Below, in pieces: positions 1-10,249 of a DNA stretch of 64,000 bases (positions are counted from its first letter, which is position 1; each line of letters begins with the position of its first letter). The notes under the pieces are model-generated. The model saw only the letters and a program-made list of their open reading frames with translations, had not been told where the DNA came from and made no database searches. The DNA lies in contig OZ243938.1 of the NCBI GenBank assembly GCA_965214095.1, forward strand, positions 4,000,001 through 4,064,000, written 5' to 3'. Source of the DNA: Candidatus Poribacteria bacterium. GTDB taxonomy: Bacteria; Poribacteria; WGA-4E; WGA-3G. Made by a program: the position numbers and the translations under genes.

Positions 1-34
1 TAGAGTTTTCTGACTCCTTGCCAGAAATGGCAAA

Positions 35-1366
35 TTAGTCAGAATAATCTATTGCATCTTTCATGTGTTTCAAAGCGTCATGTATTTGTGGGAGTTCCTC
101 AAACCCATAAGAGATTCGCATCTGACGTTTACCAACATTAACCATCTCACCATGTGGATGTACGCAATGTTCACCGGGAATATAAATGACCTTTGGATTC
201 GGATTGTTCGTAGGTCCGTCAATATCTACATGTCCTGTTGTACGAGTCAAGAATTTAAAAAAATCAGAGTTTGAATCGGTGGGGGTATCAGTCAGTGTCA
301 GATAATAGTAGAAACCGGCACTTCCACCACGAATAGATTGAACATTATCACCAAGTAATTCGTCAATCCAGATTTTCACCTGTTCAGACTTCTGATGATA
401 ACCACTATTGACCTTCTCAATTTGACTCTCAATACCGTTATCCAGCAGATAACTCGCAATTTCCTGATTGATGAGCGGTGCACTGAAACCGATGTCACTT
501 GTGCGTTGAACGATGCTGTTGAGAAACGATCCTTTTGGACCAATAAGGTAACCGATACGTAATCCCGGAGCAAGTATCTTTGACAGTGTTCCAATTTCAT
601 ATACAATACCAAGTTCATCGTAGCAGGATGCAGACTCCAAAGGTTCAATAGTGTCATCATGCACAAGTTCGGTATAAGCATTGTCAAAAATGAGCGGAAT
701 CTTGTGTCCAACTTCATGTGAAAGCCGAGTGACTATCTCAACTAATTCTTGCTTTCGGTTATCTGACAGAATAGTGCAAGTGGGATTGTTGACGGTCACA
801 AGATAGAGAAACTGGATAGCAGATTTCTCACTACTGCTTAATGACTCTAATCTTTGTTCCAATAGTTCTGTCTGTAGACCTTCATTGTCTTCTGGTATTG
901 CAGTAACGCTAAAGCCTTTCCTTTCAAGGTCGTTGCAATAGATATAATACGTTGGGTCGGCAGTGATGACGATACCAGTAGGGAGAAGATGGGTGATACT
1001 TTCCAGTAAACTGGTCGCTCCGTTCGCACCGATAACAACATCCCTTGAGGAGAAAGTGTCTTGTGTGATACCACCGATTTTGTTGTCAATATAGTATCTT
1101 TTGATAGATTCAATCAGATTAGGAGAACCTTGTGCACCACCATAATTCAGAGATGCACGGTACTTTTCAGGATTAGCAAGCACTGCAACACACGCAGTCT
1201 GTATCTGAAGACGTGGGATTGTGCTTTCGTTCACATATCCCACACCAAGATTGATGTCATATCCATCACGAAAACCGACTGCAAAATCGGTCATCATCTG
1301 GTTGACAGGTGCAGGAATACTTGAGGCTTTCCCGTAATCAGAAAGTCTAATGTTGTCAATTTTCAT
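35..1366 (-). CDS. PLP-dependent aminotransferase class I/II (LysN/MocR-like)
   Basis: NNPT, DNAY and GTLSKILAPGLRIG (PLP lysine) motifs; 443 aa. Confidence 0.85.
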   Translation of the reverse strand: MKIDNIRLSDYGKASSIPAPVNQMMTDFAVGFRDGYDINLGVGYVNESTIPRLQIQTACVAVLANPEKYRASLNYGGAQGSPNLIESIKRYYIDNKIGGITQDTFSSRDVVIGANGATSLLESITHLLPTGIVITADPTYYIYCNDLERKGFSVTAIPEDNEGLQTELLEQRLESLSSSEKSAIQFLYLVTVNNPTCTILSDNRKQELVEIVTRLSHEVGHKIPLIFDNAYTELVHDDTIEPLESASCYDELGIVYEIGTLSKILAPGLRIGYLIGPKGSFLNSIVQRTSDIGFSAPLINQEIASYLLDNGIESQIEKVNSGYHQKSEQVKIWIDELLGDNVQSIRGGSAGFYYYLTLTDTPTDSNSDFFKFLTRTTGHVDIDGPTNNPNPKVIYIPGEHCVHPHGEMVNVGKRQMRISYGFEELPQIHDALKHMKDAIDYSD

Positions 1367-1367
1367 G

Positions 1368-2279
1368 CTATTTCAGCAAATCCTCAAGTGCAGTTTCAAG
1401 TGTAGAATACTGAAATTCATAACCACTTGCTTCTGTTTTTTCAGGAAGAACATTTTGACTCAACATCACAAATTCAGCGAATTCCCCCATCAGCATGTGT
1501 AATGCGAATGCTGGTACTGGAAAAATCGCAGGCTTTCGCAAAACAGAACCGAGCGTTTTCGTGAACTCTATGTTTCTAACAGGATTAGGTGCTGTTGCGT
1601 TTAATGCACCTTGTATTTCATCATTTTCCAAAGAATGTGTAATTATCCCAACCACATCATCAATATGAATCCAAGACATCCACTGTTTACCAGTTCCAAG
1701 TTTACCACCTGCACCAATTTTGAAAGGAGGAAGCACTTGATCCAGTAGTCCACCACCCATGCCAAGCACAAGTCCAATGCGAACATGAACGACACGTATG
1801 CCAAGTTCACTTGCTTTATGACCTTCTGCTTCCCATTCTTGGCAGACTTCTGCGAGGAAATCAGTGCCAACAGGAGCATCTTCTGTAAAACTATCGTCAC
1901 CTGTGGCACCATATAGACCGATGGCAGAAGCACATACAAGTACTTCAGGTTTGGATTCAGATGCAGCGAGTGAGGAAACAAGGTTCCGTGTGGAAAGAAC
2001 ACGACTGTCTTGTATCCGTTGCTTTTTCTTGGCATTCCATCTGCCTGCAATAGATTCTCCAGCAAGGTGAACTACCGCATGTATGTCAGATGTTGCTTCA
2101 GTTGGGAGTTGTTCGGTTTCAGGATTCCAAGCATATATTTCATCTACAGATTGCAATTTTGTTTTGGCCCGTTTAGTGTCTCTTGATACGACATTCACTG
2201 CGTAATCTTTCGTCTGGAGGGCATCACACACTCGTCTCCCGATAAATCCTGTTCCACCAGTGACCAATACTTTTTTCAT
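1368..2279 (-). CDS. TIGR01777-family epimerase/oxidoreductase (YfcH-like)
   Basis: VTGGTGFIG, HLAGE, GKQWMSWIHIDD, NATAPNPV motifs. Confidence 0.92.
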   Translation of the reverse strand: MKKVLVTGGTGFIGRRVCDALQTKDYAVNVVSRDTKRAKTKLQSVDEIYAWNPETEQLPTEATSDIHAVVHLAGESIAGRWNAKKKQRIQDSRVLSTRNLVSSLAASESKPEVLVCASAIGLYGATGDDSFTEDAPVGTDFLAEVCQEWEAEGHKASELGIRVVHVRIGLVLGMGGGLLDQVLPPFKIGAGGKLGTGKQWMSWIHIDDVVGIITHSLENDEIQGALNATAPNPVRNIEFTKTLGSVLRKPAIFPVPAFALHMLMGEFAEFVMLSQNVLPEKTEASGYEFQYSTLETALEDLLK

Positions 2280-2297
2280 GGTTTCCTCCCCTTATGT

Positions 2298-3026
2298 CTA
2301 TTTTGAGAGTTCTGCTAATGTGTCTTCCAGTTGTCTATAATCATCAATCACAGCATCACTGAGAGTGTCATCGGTTTCAGATTTATTGAACCCAGCAAAA
2401 CGAATTGCTTTCATTTCAGCATTCTTTGCACCTACAATATCCGTTCTCACAATATCACCGACATGCAACGCTTCTTCAGGTTTAGCATTGAGTTGTTCCA
2501 ACGTAGAGATATATTGTATTACCTCAGGCTTTGTATGTTCAGTTTCATCAGAAAAAGTAAACGCTGAGAAGTATTGATATATACCATCTTGTTTCATTAA
2601 TTGCCTCACATATTTCCCCGGTGACAAGGCGGAGTCAGAGATTATGCCAAGAGCATATTTCTCACTTAGACTCTCCAATACAGGTTTTACATGTGCTATC
2701 AATACTGGTGGTGATGCCATAAATGCTTTCCCAAGACAGCCAATAAGAGCAGTGATTTCTGCCTCATCAAGCGAAAGTTCTAACGATTCAGCAAAGGTCA
2801 TCAGGCAAGTTTCTACCGAAACACCTTTGTGTTCATACCAACTTGTCATTGATACCTTATATGCGTCATCCAAACCAACGGCTATATCTGATGTAGTGCA
2901 GGAATAACCTTGTTCTGTCAGGTATTGATGGCAGTTTTCAATCCGTATTGCTTGCCGATTCTCCCAGTTTTCCTGTGTGTCTGCATAAAGTGTTTGCCAA
3001 AAATCAAATGTAATTGCTTTAAACAT
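2298..3026 (-). CDS. HAD-superfamily hydrolase
   Basis: FDFWQTL motif I variant, KP and HVGDxxxTDIVGA motifs. Confidence 0.88.
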   Translation of the reverse strand: MFKAITFDFWQTLYADTQENWENRQAIRIENCHQYLTEQGYSCTTSDIAVGLDDAYKVSMTSWYEHKGVSVETCLMTFAESLELSLDEAEITALIGCLGKAFMASPPVLIAHVKPVLESLSEKYALGIISDSALSPGKYVRQLMKQDGIYQYFSAFTFSDETEHTKPEVIQYISTLEQLNAKPEEALHVGDIVRTDIVGAKNAEMKAIRFAGFNKSETDDTLSDAVIDDYRQLEDTLAELSK

Positions 3027-3204
3027 CTTTACTCCTATCTTACTTAGTTTTTCTATCTTCGCAATCCAGATGTCATTTTATCCATTGCAAGATAGGATGT
3101 CAAGAAACAAATAAAATATACAGACTTGTTTGAAATGATAAACGATAAGGTAGGAAGACAAGTTGACTTGTTGGGTTTTATTTTGGTTTGTTTTGAGGAG
3201 TTGA

Positions 3205-3240
3205 ATTGTTTGGTGGGGTCTCTGGACCCCACCAAACAAT
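3205..3240 (-). terminator. Perfect 16-bp hairpin downstream of the dehydrogenase gene; probable terminator or mRNA end structure
   Basis: ATTGTTTGGTGGGGTC-tctg-GACCCCACCAAACAAT; a weaker second hairpin follows at ~3243-3267; no clear U tract on the minus strand. Confidence 0.55.
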
Positions 3241-3271
3241 GTGTATAGGTTTGTCGCTAATCTATACAAAG

Positions 3272-4351
3272 TTATTCCTGAGGATTATCAGATGTTCGCA
3301 CTTTAATTGCATCAGGTGTCAACGCGCCAAGGGGTTTTTCACCATTTAGCACACTTTCAAAATCATCAACAATCATATCAGCAACACGGAGATTTGCATC
3401 TTTTGTCCGACCTGCGATATGTGGCGTGAGAACGACGTTATCTCTATTCCTGAGTTCGTCATCAACGGGTACCGGTTCTCTGTCATATACATCAAATGCA
3501 CCTGCGAGTTCATCTTTCACAATACGTTCACGCAGCGCAGCCATATCAACAGCATGTGCACGCGTGATGATAACGACCAATGACCCCTTACGCAGATTGT
3601 ATATACGTTCACGGTTCAGTAAATGTCGTGCGGATGGTGTTGGTGGAATAGCAACGAATACAATATCTGCACGGTCAACAAGTTCGTCCATATCAACGCG
3701 TTCAACATCCCACTCTTCAAGTAACGCGTCAGGAACATAAGGGTCATATCCCATCGTCGTTGCACCGAATGCACTGCACCATTTTGCAATCTTTCCACCA
3801 ATCTGTCCAAGTCCCATAACCCCTATCTGTTTTGTGCCGAGATCACCGTTCACAAAGTCGGGGTCATCGCAGAATTGATGTGCTACAGGAAGTTTCTCTG
3901 GTCCCCATATCGGGTTGACCCAATCCCACAGTTTTTCTCCGATTGTCATCTTGTGGTGCCACTGTGCTGTGCGTCTCAGAGATGACAATGCCAGTCCAAA
4001 TGCACATTCTGCCACAGATTGTGACCAGGCACGTGTGGATTCAATCACTGGGATGCCACGTTCCATAAACTTCGTGTATGGGATACCGTGTCCAGTGTTA
4101 TCTGTCATTGTACCGAAGACTTTGAGTTTTGGAGCATTTTCAAGACAATCCTCCGTGAAACTGCCGCCAAAATGTGAGATTCCGATAACTTCGCTCAAAT
4201 CCACCTGTTGATGTATAGGGTCTTTACTGGTTGTATTTAGAACGAGTGTTACCCCTAATTCCTCAAGTCGTTTCACCATCTGTTCATGAACGAAGGGCCA
4301 AGAACCCTCTAATCCTGGTGAACGTGTGAATAAAAATTGGTGTGTTGCCAT
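3272..4351 (-). CDS. D-isomer-specific 2-hydroxyacid dehydrogenase
   Basis: GLGQIG Rossmann motif, DVYDREP, LTPHIAG. Confidence 0.9.
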   Translation of the reverse strand: MATHQFLFTRSPGLEGSWPFVHEQMVKRLEELGVTLVLNTTSKDPIHQQVDLSEVIGISHFGGSFTEDCLENAPKLKVFGTMTDNTGHGIPYTKFMERGIPVIESTRAWSQSVAECAFGLALSSLRRTAQWHHKMTIGEKLWDWVNPIWGPEKLPVAHQFCDDPDFVNGDLGTKQIGVMGLGQIGGKIAKWCSAFGATTMGYDPYVPDALLEEWDVERVDMDELVDRADIVFVAIPPTPSARHLLNRERIYNLRKGSLVVIITRAHAVDMAALRERIVKDELAGAFDVYDREPVPVDDELRNRDNVVLTPHIAGRTKDANLRVADMIVDDFESVLNGEKPLGALTPDAIKVRTSDNPQE

Positions 4352-4369
4352 ACAATGATTCCTCCTAAT

Positions 4370-7042
4370 TTAGGTTATTACAATATGTGGTGCAGTTGGA
4401 TATCTACCGCGTCGATTTCCGTAGAGGGTAAGTCCACCTCTGTTTTCTGCATTCCCTTTAACTTCATAACGCACTGAAATTGTCCCATTGGAATTATCAC
4501 TTAAACATGTTTCCTTATCCAACTGAACACGGTATAGGTATCCGTAGTTCCCAAGGTTTTCGTGAATATATGTGAGAACGCCGCGTGCATCTGCGGGACA
4601 ATCGGGTATTGAGATTGTATCCACTTCAGTACCGTTGACAGAGATTGTAACATCTGATGGATATTTCTCAGGTTCAGTTTGACGTGAACCCCCATTTGAT
4701 GAGGATGCTTCGAATACAAGCTCCATCTTTGTTATCTCATCAGGATTGAGTTTCGCTGGCAGCGGCATCTGATATTCAACATATCCTGCACCTTGTGCCA
4801 TTAGGAGTTGATCCTTAACATCCGTTGCACCATCCCACCTGCTGGATGATATGTCACCCGGAAGATGACTTAGCGATGTTAGACCTGCTGCATCCTTAAT
4901 GTATATCTCAAAATTGATGTAATTCCGTGCGACGACAGCACCTGTTTCATCAGATACCCACACATGCAATGTGCCAACTGCTGCATTTGTATCTGGAATA
5001 GTAAGTTTCAGCTGATGCACCTGTTCTACCTGATATTGTGGGAAAGGGATTTCAACACTGTTACTGATAAGTCCATACGTCAGTTCACCGTTCTTTTCAA
5101 GTGTATCCAACTGCCAGTGAAGTGTGGTTCCTTCAATTTGTTTATGTGAGAAGTGGCTTGTGTATATATCTGCAGTAACTATATCACCTGGAGCAACTGT
5201 TGTACCGGGTGGATAATCAATTGCAATAAAATCAAGCGTGTTGATGTCATTGTAATCGTAGCCGAATTCTTTGACGGATCGGTCATAGTTCATAAAACCG
5301 TTGTGTTCCCACTCAATATCTTGTAGTTCAGTGTAGACATAGCCACAGATTTTTGGATGTAACCGCAACTCATTCGTCAGATACTTGAAGCACCAAGCAA
5401 CATCTTTGTCACCTGCCCCTGCGCTGATGCCACCGTATTCACTATTGATCAATGGGACATCTGTCTGTTCGTTATCACCAGCATAATTGAACTTTGAGCC
5501 GGGGTATGTCTGTTCAACAACATTAGCGATGTGATCCTTGGCATGTTGGTAATTATTGATATAGAAGTGCCAAGAGTTAATGTCTGTTTCAACGTGGTCA
5601 TAAAGGCAAGGAGAGTTGTCTTCAATAAGACGCGAAGGGTCAAGCGTTTTAGCTAAATGGTACATCTCACGCACCCATTCTTGACGATCCTTTTGTTCCT
5701 TGTAACCGCCACCACCAAGTCCCCACGTTTCGTTGAAGTTGCACCATGAAATGATGGATGGATGATTGAAATCACGTGCAATGTTACCGCGCAACGTCTC
5801 TACAAATCTACTTTTTGCTAAATCTGTATAGTTGCCAAAGTTTGGAATGTCGCACATAAAAAGCAGTCCCAATTTGTCTGCCCAATAGTAGAGACGCGGT
5901 TCGTCAACTTTGATATGCAAACGAAGGAAGTTGAAGCCAAACTCTTTGGAACGTTCCACATCCGTTCTGATTGCTTCATCGGTCAGGAAAGTATATACAC
6001 CTTCTGGATTGAATGACTGATTGAGTGCACCCAACAGATAAACAGGACGGTTGTTAAGATATATGTAGTTGTAGTCCCCACCTGGTGCCTTCTCAATAGA
6101 GACTTTCCGCATACCAAAATATGTCTGAACCGTATCTAAAACAGAGTCATTTGAGACCAATTTCAACGTGACATAATATAGATTTGGTGTATCCACATCC
6201 CACAGTCGGAGTTTATCGGGTGGAATATCCACAACAATCTCCGTATTTTCTGATGCAGTAACCTGTCCACTCATACCATCGCATTCCCATTGTAATTCAG
6301 TCCCTGATGTAATTTCACCATCAATTGTTACATTAATAGTTGCTGTGCTTTTATCAATATCTGGAGTGATTGGACATTGCTCAATATATGTTGCATTTCT
6401 GGGTTCAAGGTAGACTGTTTGCCAGATGCCGCTTGTACGGGTATACCATCCTATCTGCTTTCCAGCGAGTTGTTCTCCGTGGTCTTGTGCATCATAAGCT
6501 CGGACAACGATTGTTGCCTGTTCGCCTGCTGTAAGCGCATCTGTGATGTCAAATTCAAATGGAAGATATCCACATTCATGTTCACCTATTTTCTTACCAT
6601 TTACCCATACTGCGGTTTCCCAGTCAACCGCACAGAAATGTAGTATGACTCGTTTATCGCCCCAATTTTCAGGTGTTTCGACTGTTCTGCGATACCAACC
6701 GATTGTATGCCGTGGTTCGTGTTTGTAGTTCCCACTATTAACAAGTCCACCACAAGTTATTTCATCTGGCTTTAGGTAGGCATTTGTACTGAGGTAAGTT
6801 GCACTGTCTGCTTGATCTTCTTCTCCCCACGCTGCAAGACTTTCCCATGGATATGGCACGCGGATTTCCAATGGATAATCTGGGGAATCTGAAGAAAACC
6901 ATTCTTCATTGATGCCAATATCCTCCGGGTCAAAAGCAAATTCCCAAGTGCCGTTGAGATTTATCCAATCAACACCATCTGAAGTGCCGCGTTGAAAAAC
7001 GGGTTTTGGATATTCTGGGCGCGGTATTTCTATTCTTGTCAC
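4370..7042 (-). CDS. Glycoside hydrolase family 2
   Basis: RPEYP..WINLNGTWEF, LHFCAVDW, SGIWQTVYLE, GFNFLRLHIK, NHPSIISWCNFNETWG, SEYGG. Confidence 0.9.
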   Translation of the reverse strand: MTRIEIPRPEYPKPVFQRGTSDGVDWINLNGTWEFAFDPEDIGINEEWFSSDSPDYPLEIRVPYPWESLAAWGEEDQADSATYLSTNAYLKPDEITCGGLVNSGNYKHEPRHTIGWYRRTVETPENWGDKRVILHFCAVDWETAVWVNGKKIGEHECGYLPFEFDITDALTAGEQATIVVRAYDAQDHGEQLAGKQIGWYTRTSGIWQTVYLEPRNATYIEQCPITPDIDKSTATINVTIDGEITSGTELQWECDGMSGQVTASENTEIVVDIPPDKLRLWDVDTPNLYYVTLKLVSNDSVLDTVQTYFGMRKVSIEKAPGGDYNYIYLNNRPVYLLGALNQSFNPEGVYTFLTDEAIRTDVERSKEFGFNFLRLHIKVDEPRLYYWADKLGLLFMCDIPNFGNYTDLAKSRFVETLRGNIARDFNHPSIISWCNFNETWGLGGGGYKEQKDRQEWVREMYHLAKTLDPSRLIEDNSPCLYDHVETDINSWHFYINNYQHAKDHIANVVEQTYPGSKFNYAGDNEQTDVPLINSEYGGISAGAGDKDVAWCFKYLTNELRLHPKICGYVYTELQDIEWEHNGFMNYDRSVKEFGYDYNDINTLDFIAIDYPPGTTVAPGDIVTADIYTSHFSHKQIEGTTLHWQLDTLEKNGELTYGLISNSVEIPFPQYQVEQVHQLKLTIPDTNAAVGTLHVWVSDETGAVVARNYINFEIYIKDAAGLTSLSHLPGDISSSRWDGATDVKDQLLMAQGAGYVEYQMPLPAKLNPDEITKMELVFEASSSNGGSRQTEPEKYPSDVTISVNGTEVDTISIPDCPADARGVLTYIHENLGNYGYLYRVQLDKETCLSDNSNGTISVRYEVKGNAENRGGLTLYGNRRGRYPTAPHIVIT

Positions 7043-7120
7043 TATTTCTCCATCCTTGTTTTGTAATTACACAGATTAATTTTATTGTTCATTATATGTA
7101 ATTCGTTGCTTTTGTTCAAA

Positions 7121-8527
7121 TTAAATATTGTCGTTTACTCCTGAATTCTCACTCGGCAACCACAACGAAACCGTAGTGCCTTCACCAGACACACTTTCAA
7201 TCTCAACCGTCCCACCGTGTTCCTCAACAATACGTTTCACGTTTGCTAACCCAAGTCCAGTACCTTTTGACTTTCGTGTAAAAAACGGTTCAAAGAGATG
7301 TTCAATATCATCTTCAGGAATTCCAATACCTGTATCAATGACTCTGATACATACCTTTTCATTTTGTTGAAATGTAGATACAGTTAATGTGCCACCTTGA
7401 GGCATCGCTTCCATTGCATTCAAAACGACATTCATGAATGCCTGTTTGATTTTGTCTGAATCAAAATGTAAATCAGGAAGATCGGACACAAGTTTTAAGG
7501 ATAAATCAATCTGATGGTGTGTTAAGTTTGCTTCCATCAAGGATAAAACAGATTGCAAGAGTGATGCTAATGACTGTTGCTCAAGGTGGAGTTTTGTTGG
7601 ACTTGCAAAATCCATCAAACCTTTGACAATGTTGTCAATCCTTTCAATTTCTTCAAGGATATACTGCAAGGACTGCCGCTGTTCATCTGATGTTTTCGGT
7701 TTCTGCATGAGCATTTGGGACAACATCCGCATAGAGGACAACGGATTACGGATTTCATGTGCAAAAGAAGCAGACATCTTTCCCGCTGTTGCTAAACGTT
7801 CTGCTTGAATCAGTTTATCACGTGATTGTTTAAGTTCCGTTGTCATCTGATTGAATGCTATAGTTAAATCACCTATTTCGTCGTGTGTTTTGACATCACA
7901 CTGCTCATCAAGATTGCCCTCAGCGACCTGTTCCGTAAACCCAACTAAGTCTTTAATCGGTTCAGTGATATTCTTACCGATGCGATGGCTGATGAGTGCA
8001 ACGAGAGCAGTTACAACTATAGCAATGCCCAACATATACAAGGTTAGAGTGCGTTTTGCTTCGGCTATCGTCTCCATCGGACGTAGAAGGCAGTATATTC
8101 TCCCGAGTTCTACAGACCGATAGAAAACTTTATAGTGCTTTCCTCCGAGTGTGACATCATGTGTAATTGGTGGATCTTTCTCATTTTGAAAAGAATCTCT
8201 GACCTGATTGAGCCGCAATACTTCTATTAGATTTTCACGATTATGTTCATCATAGGGTAAATCAGTCAATGTGCTTACGTTAAGTGTGAAATCTGAACCA
8301 AAGATCATTACCTCTACACTGTAAGCCTGTTTATGCTTTTCAATATCTTCTCGAATAAAACCTGTTTCCATAATGACATTGACCCATCCTTGCGTTTCAT
8401 CAATAAACTGTTCGCTATATTTCCAAGCGAAGAGTTCAACTGTTATCAATGGCACGATGATGGTAATGGGGGCAAACAGTAGTAGAAAAGGGAGAACGAT
8501 TTTTCTTTGAATGCTGTGACGACGCAT
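7121..8527 (-). CDS. Membrane sensor histidine kinase (HAMP, HisKA, HATPase); no adjacent response regulator
   Basis: Two TM segments, DEIGDL HAMP, AHEIRNPL H-box, DTGIGI and GTGLGL boxes. Confidence 0.93.
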   Translation of the reverse strand: MRRHSIQRKIVLPFLLLFAPITIIVPLITVELFAWKYSEQFIDETQGWVNVIMETGFIREDIEKHKQAYSVEVMIFGSDFTLNVSTLTDLPYDEHNRENLIEVLRLNQVRDSFQNEKDPPITHDVTLGGKHYKVFYRSVELGRIYCLLRPMETIAEAKRTLTLYMLGIAIVVTALVALISHRIGKNITEPIKDLVGFTEQVAEGNLDEQCDVKTHDEIGDLTIAFNQMTTELKQSRDKLIQAERLATAGKMSASFAHEIRNPLSSMRMLSQMLMQKPKTSDEQRQSLQYILEEIERIDNIVKGLMDFASPTKLHLEQQSLASLLQSVLSLMEANLTHHQIDLSLKLVSDLPDLHFDSDKIKQAFMNVVLNAMEAMPQGGTLTVSTFQQNEKVCIRVIDTGIGIPEDDIEHLFEPFFTRKSKGTGLGLANVKRIVEEHGGTVEIESVSGEGTTVSLWLPSENSGVNDNI

Positions 8528-8657
8528 AGGTGTTCCTTATATCTAAGGCAATAACATCACTTTAACAAAAGTAATTGTTCTTGTCAAGTAAAAGGGATAG
8601 GACTCCAGGGATATTTAGTTTTAGGATTTTTTTAACTTCTACTAAATACCTAAGACG

Positions 8658-8806
8658 GTATGTGCGGTTTCCTAACCAATGCAGAATACCACACGCGTAT
8701 TCTGACGGATTTGTACCAGACACCTTTCATAATAGGTCTTCTCACAGGTTTCGGTGCGGTTCGGCAACCGCACTATGGACATCAATTTAAGGGAATTACG
8801 CTATAA
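8658..8806. repeat. Degenerate REP-hairpin element
   Basis: GTATGTGCGGTTTCCTAACC (8658-8677) and GGTGCGGTTCGGCAACCGCACT hairpin (8753-8774); ends in CTATAA like family A elements. Confidence 0.45.
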
Positions 8807-9069
8807 TTCCAAACTGGTAGCGATTACAGAAAAACGTGGCAGGTCTGTGAGTATTTTAATCACAAGTACTTCCTATCATGAAGTGCACCTTAGCAACACA
8901 GCCAGATCAGCAATAACCTCTTGTGACAACCGCATTCAACCCTCCTTTTTCGCGAAGGTTTTTATTATCATTTTTTCCAAAAACACCAAATTATAATGCA
9001 ATTAATGCAAAATGTTTTTAAGGATACCACATTTTCAACCCAAAACACAACACAACACAACATAACATA

Positions 9070-9284
9070 ATACCATTTCTAATTGAAAACACCGCATTTT
9101 TGTAGCACAAACTGCCAGTTTGTGCCGTCCTTCAAGACATTCTTAACAAATGTTATAGTGAATTATAAATATAAGTTGACACTTTCGACCCACGGTAGGC
9201 GAGGTTTCCTAACCTCGCCGATGCAGAGTGTTCAAGTAATTTCAAAATCTGCTATAATGGGATAAACATTTATAGAAATGGTAT
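9070..9284. mobile_element. MITE-like element family B (TIR ATACCATTTCTA/TAGAAATGGTAT) with GTAG hairpin, containing a nested family A element
   Basis: Perfect 12-bp TIR at 9070-9081 and 9273-9284; GTAGCACAAACTGCCAGTTTGTGC at 9102-9125. Confidence 0.7.
9153..9257 (+). mobile_element. MITE/REP-like element family A (TTATAG...CTATAA ends)
   Basis: GTAGGCGAGGTTTCCTAACCTCGCC hairpin at 9195-9219; close reverse-complement copy at 12889-12993. Confidence 0.8.
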
Positions 9285-9568
9285 AATAAGTACGATATGT
9301 AAGGTGGATTGCAACCAAGTGAGGTATATCTCTACAATTCTATCTCATTAATAGTAGTATTATATCTTCCTCTGTGGGAGTGAACGTCTGTGGGTCAATA
9401 ATTGAAAAACTTGTTCATACATATTTTTTGAACAAAATACCATCATCCATTGTCTTACATTAAGGTATATGGAACCTTTCGCTACTTTTTGTGTATAATT
9501 ATAATGCTTCCCGAATATTTTTCATGTCCAATTTGTAATCCGTTATCCACATAAATAGGAGAATTTGA

Positions 9569-10207
9569 ATGCAAGAAACCAGAGGGAATATGAATCTGTT
9601 TGCTGCTGAGGAATTAGAAGAAATTGACGATGATGAATTGGTTACAAACTTCCAGAATGGTGATAAGAGCGCGTTTAATACACTTGTCCTAAAATATCAG
9701 AATCGTATTGCAAAACTCATATACAGACACACGAATGATGCGGAAACTACAAAAGATCTCTGTCAAGAAACATTCTTGAAAGCATATAAGTCACTCCCAA
9801 AATTTAAACGTGAATCTGCATTTTATAGTTGGCTATATCGCATAGCAATTAATTGTTGTATTGACCATGCGCGACAGCAAAATAGAAGAAAAACAGTGTC
9901 GTATGACGAATTGCCTGTTGAACCAGAGGAGTTATTGGTTAGCAAGCATCCATCTCCGTCTCATCTGGTTGAGATGGAGGAACTCGGAGATATTATTAAC
10001 AAAGCAGTGAATCAGCTTCCAACGAAACAACAACATGTCTTTAGACTACGTTATGAAAAGAAGCTAAAGATTAAAGAGGTGGCTGTACGCATCAATCGAT
10101 CAGAGGGAACGGTAAAAACTCATTTACATCATGCCCATCAGCGGCTTCGTGAATTGTTACGTCCTTATTTGGAAAATCGTCCGTTTGAATGGGACAGTGA
10201 GATATAA
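9569..10207 (+). CDS. ECF sigma-70 factor (RpoE-like)
   Basis: DLCQETFLKAY, FYSWLYRIAIN (region 2); SEGTVKTHLHHA (region 4). Confidence 0.93.
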   Translation: MQETRGNMNLFAAEELEEIDDDELVTNFQNGDKSAFNTLVLKYQNRIAKLIYRHTNDAETTKDLCQETFLKAYKSLPKFKRESAFYSWLYRIAINCCIDHARQQNRRKTVSYDELPVEPEELLVSKHPSPSHLVEMEELGDIINKAVNQLPTKQQHVFRLRYEKKLKIKEVAVRINRSEGTVKTHLHHAHQRLRELLRPYLENRPFEWDSEI

Positions 10208-10249
10208 ATTAGGATTCGTTGTAGTGTTCTATTATTGCTTTCACGATAG

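Noticed and set aside
9037-9070. (ACACA)3(ACATA)2 pentamer run, and a similar low-complexity tract near 3170-3195, as phase-variation sites
   Set aside because: Short, imperfect and not within a gene or recognisable promoter spacer.
9429-9499. GAAC..GTCT and GGAACC motifs upstream of the ECF sigma gene as an autoregulatory promoter
   Set aside because: Plausible, but two competing weak matches in AT-rich DNA and no second copy to confirm.
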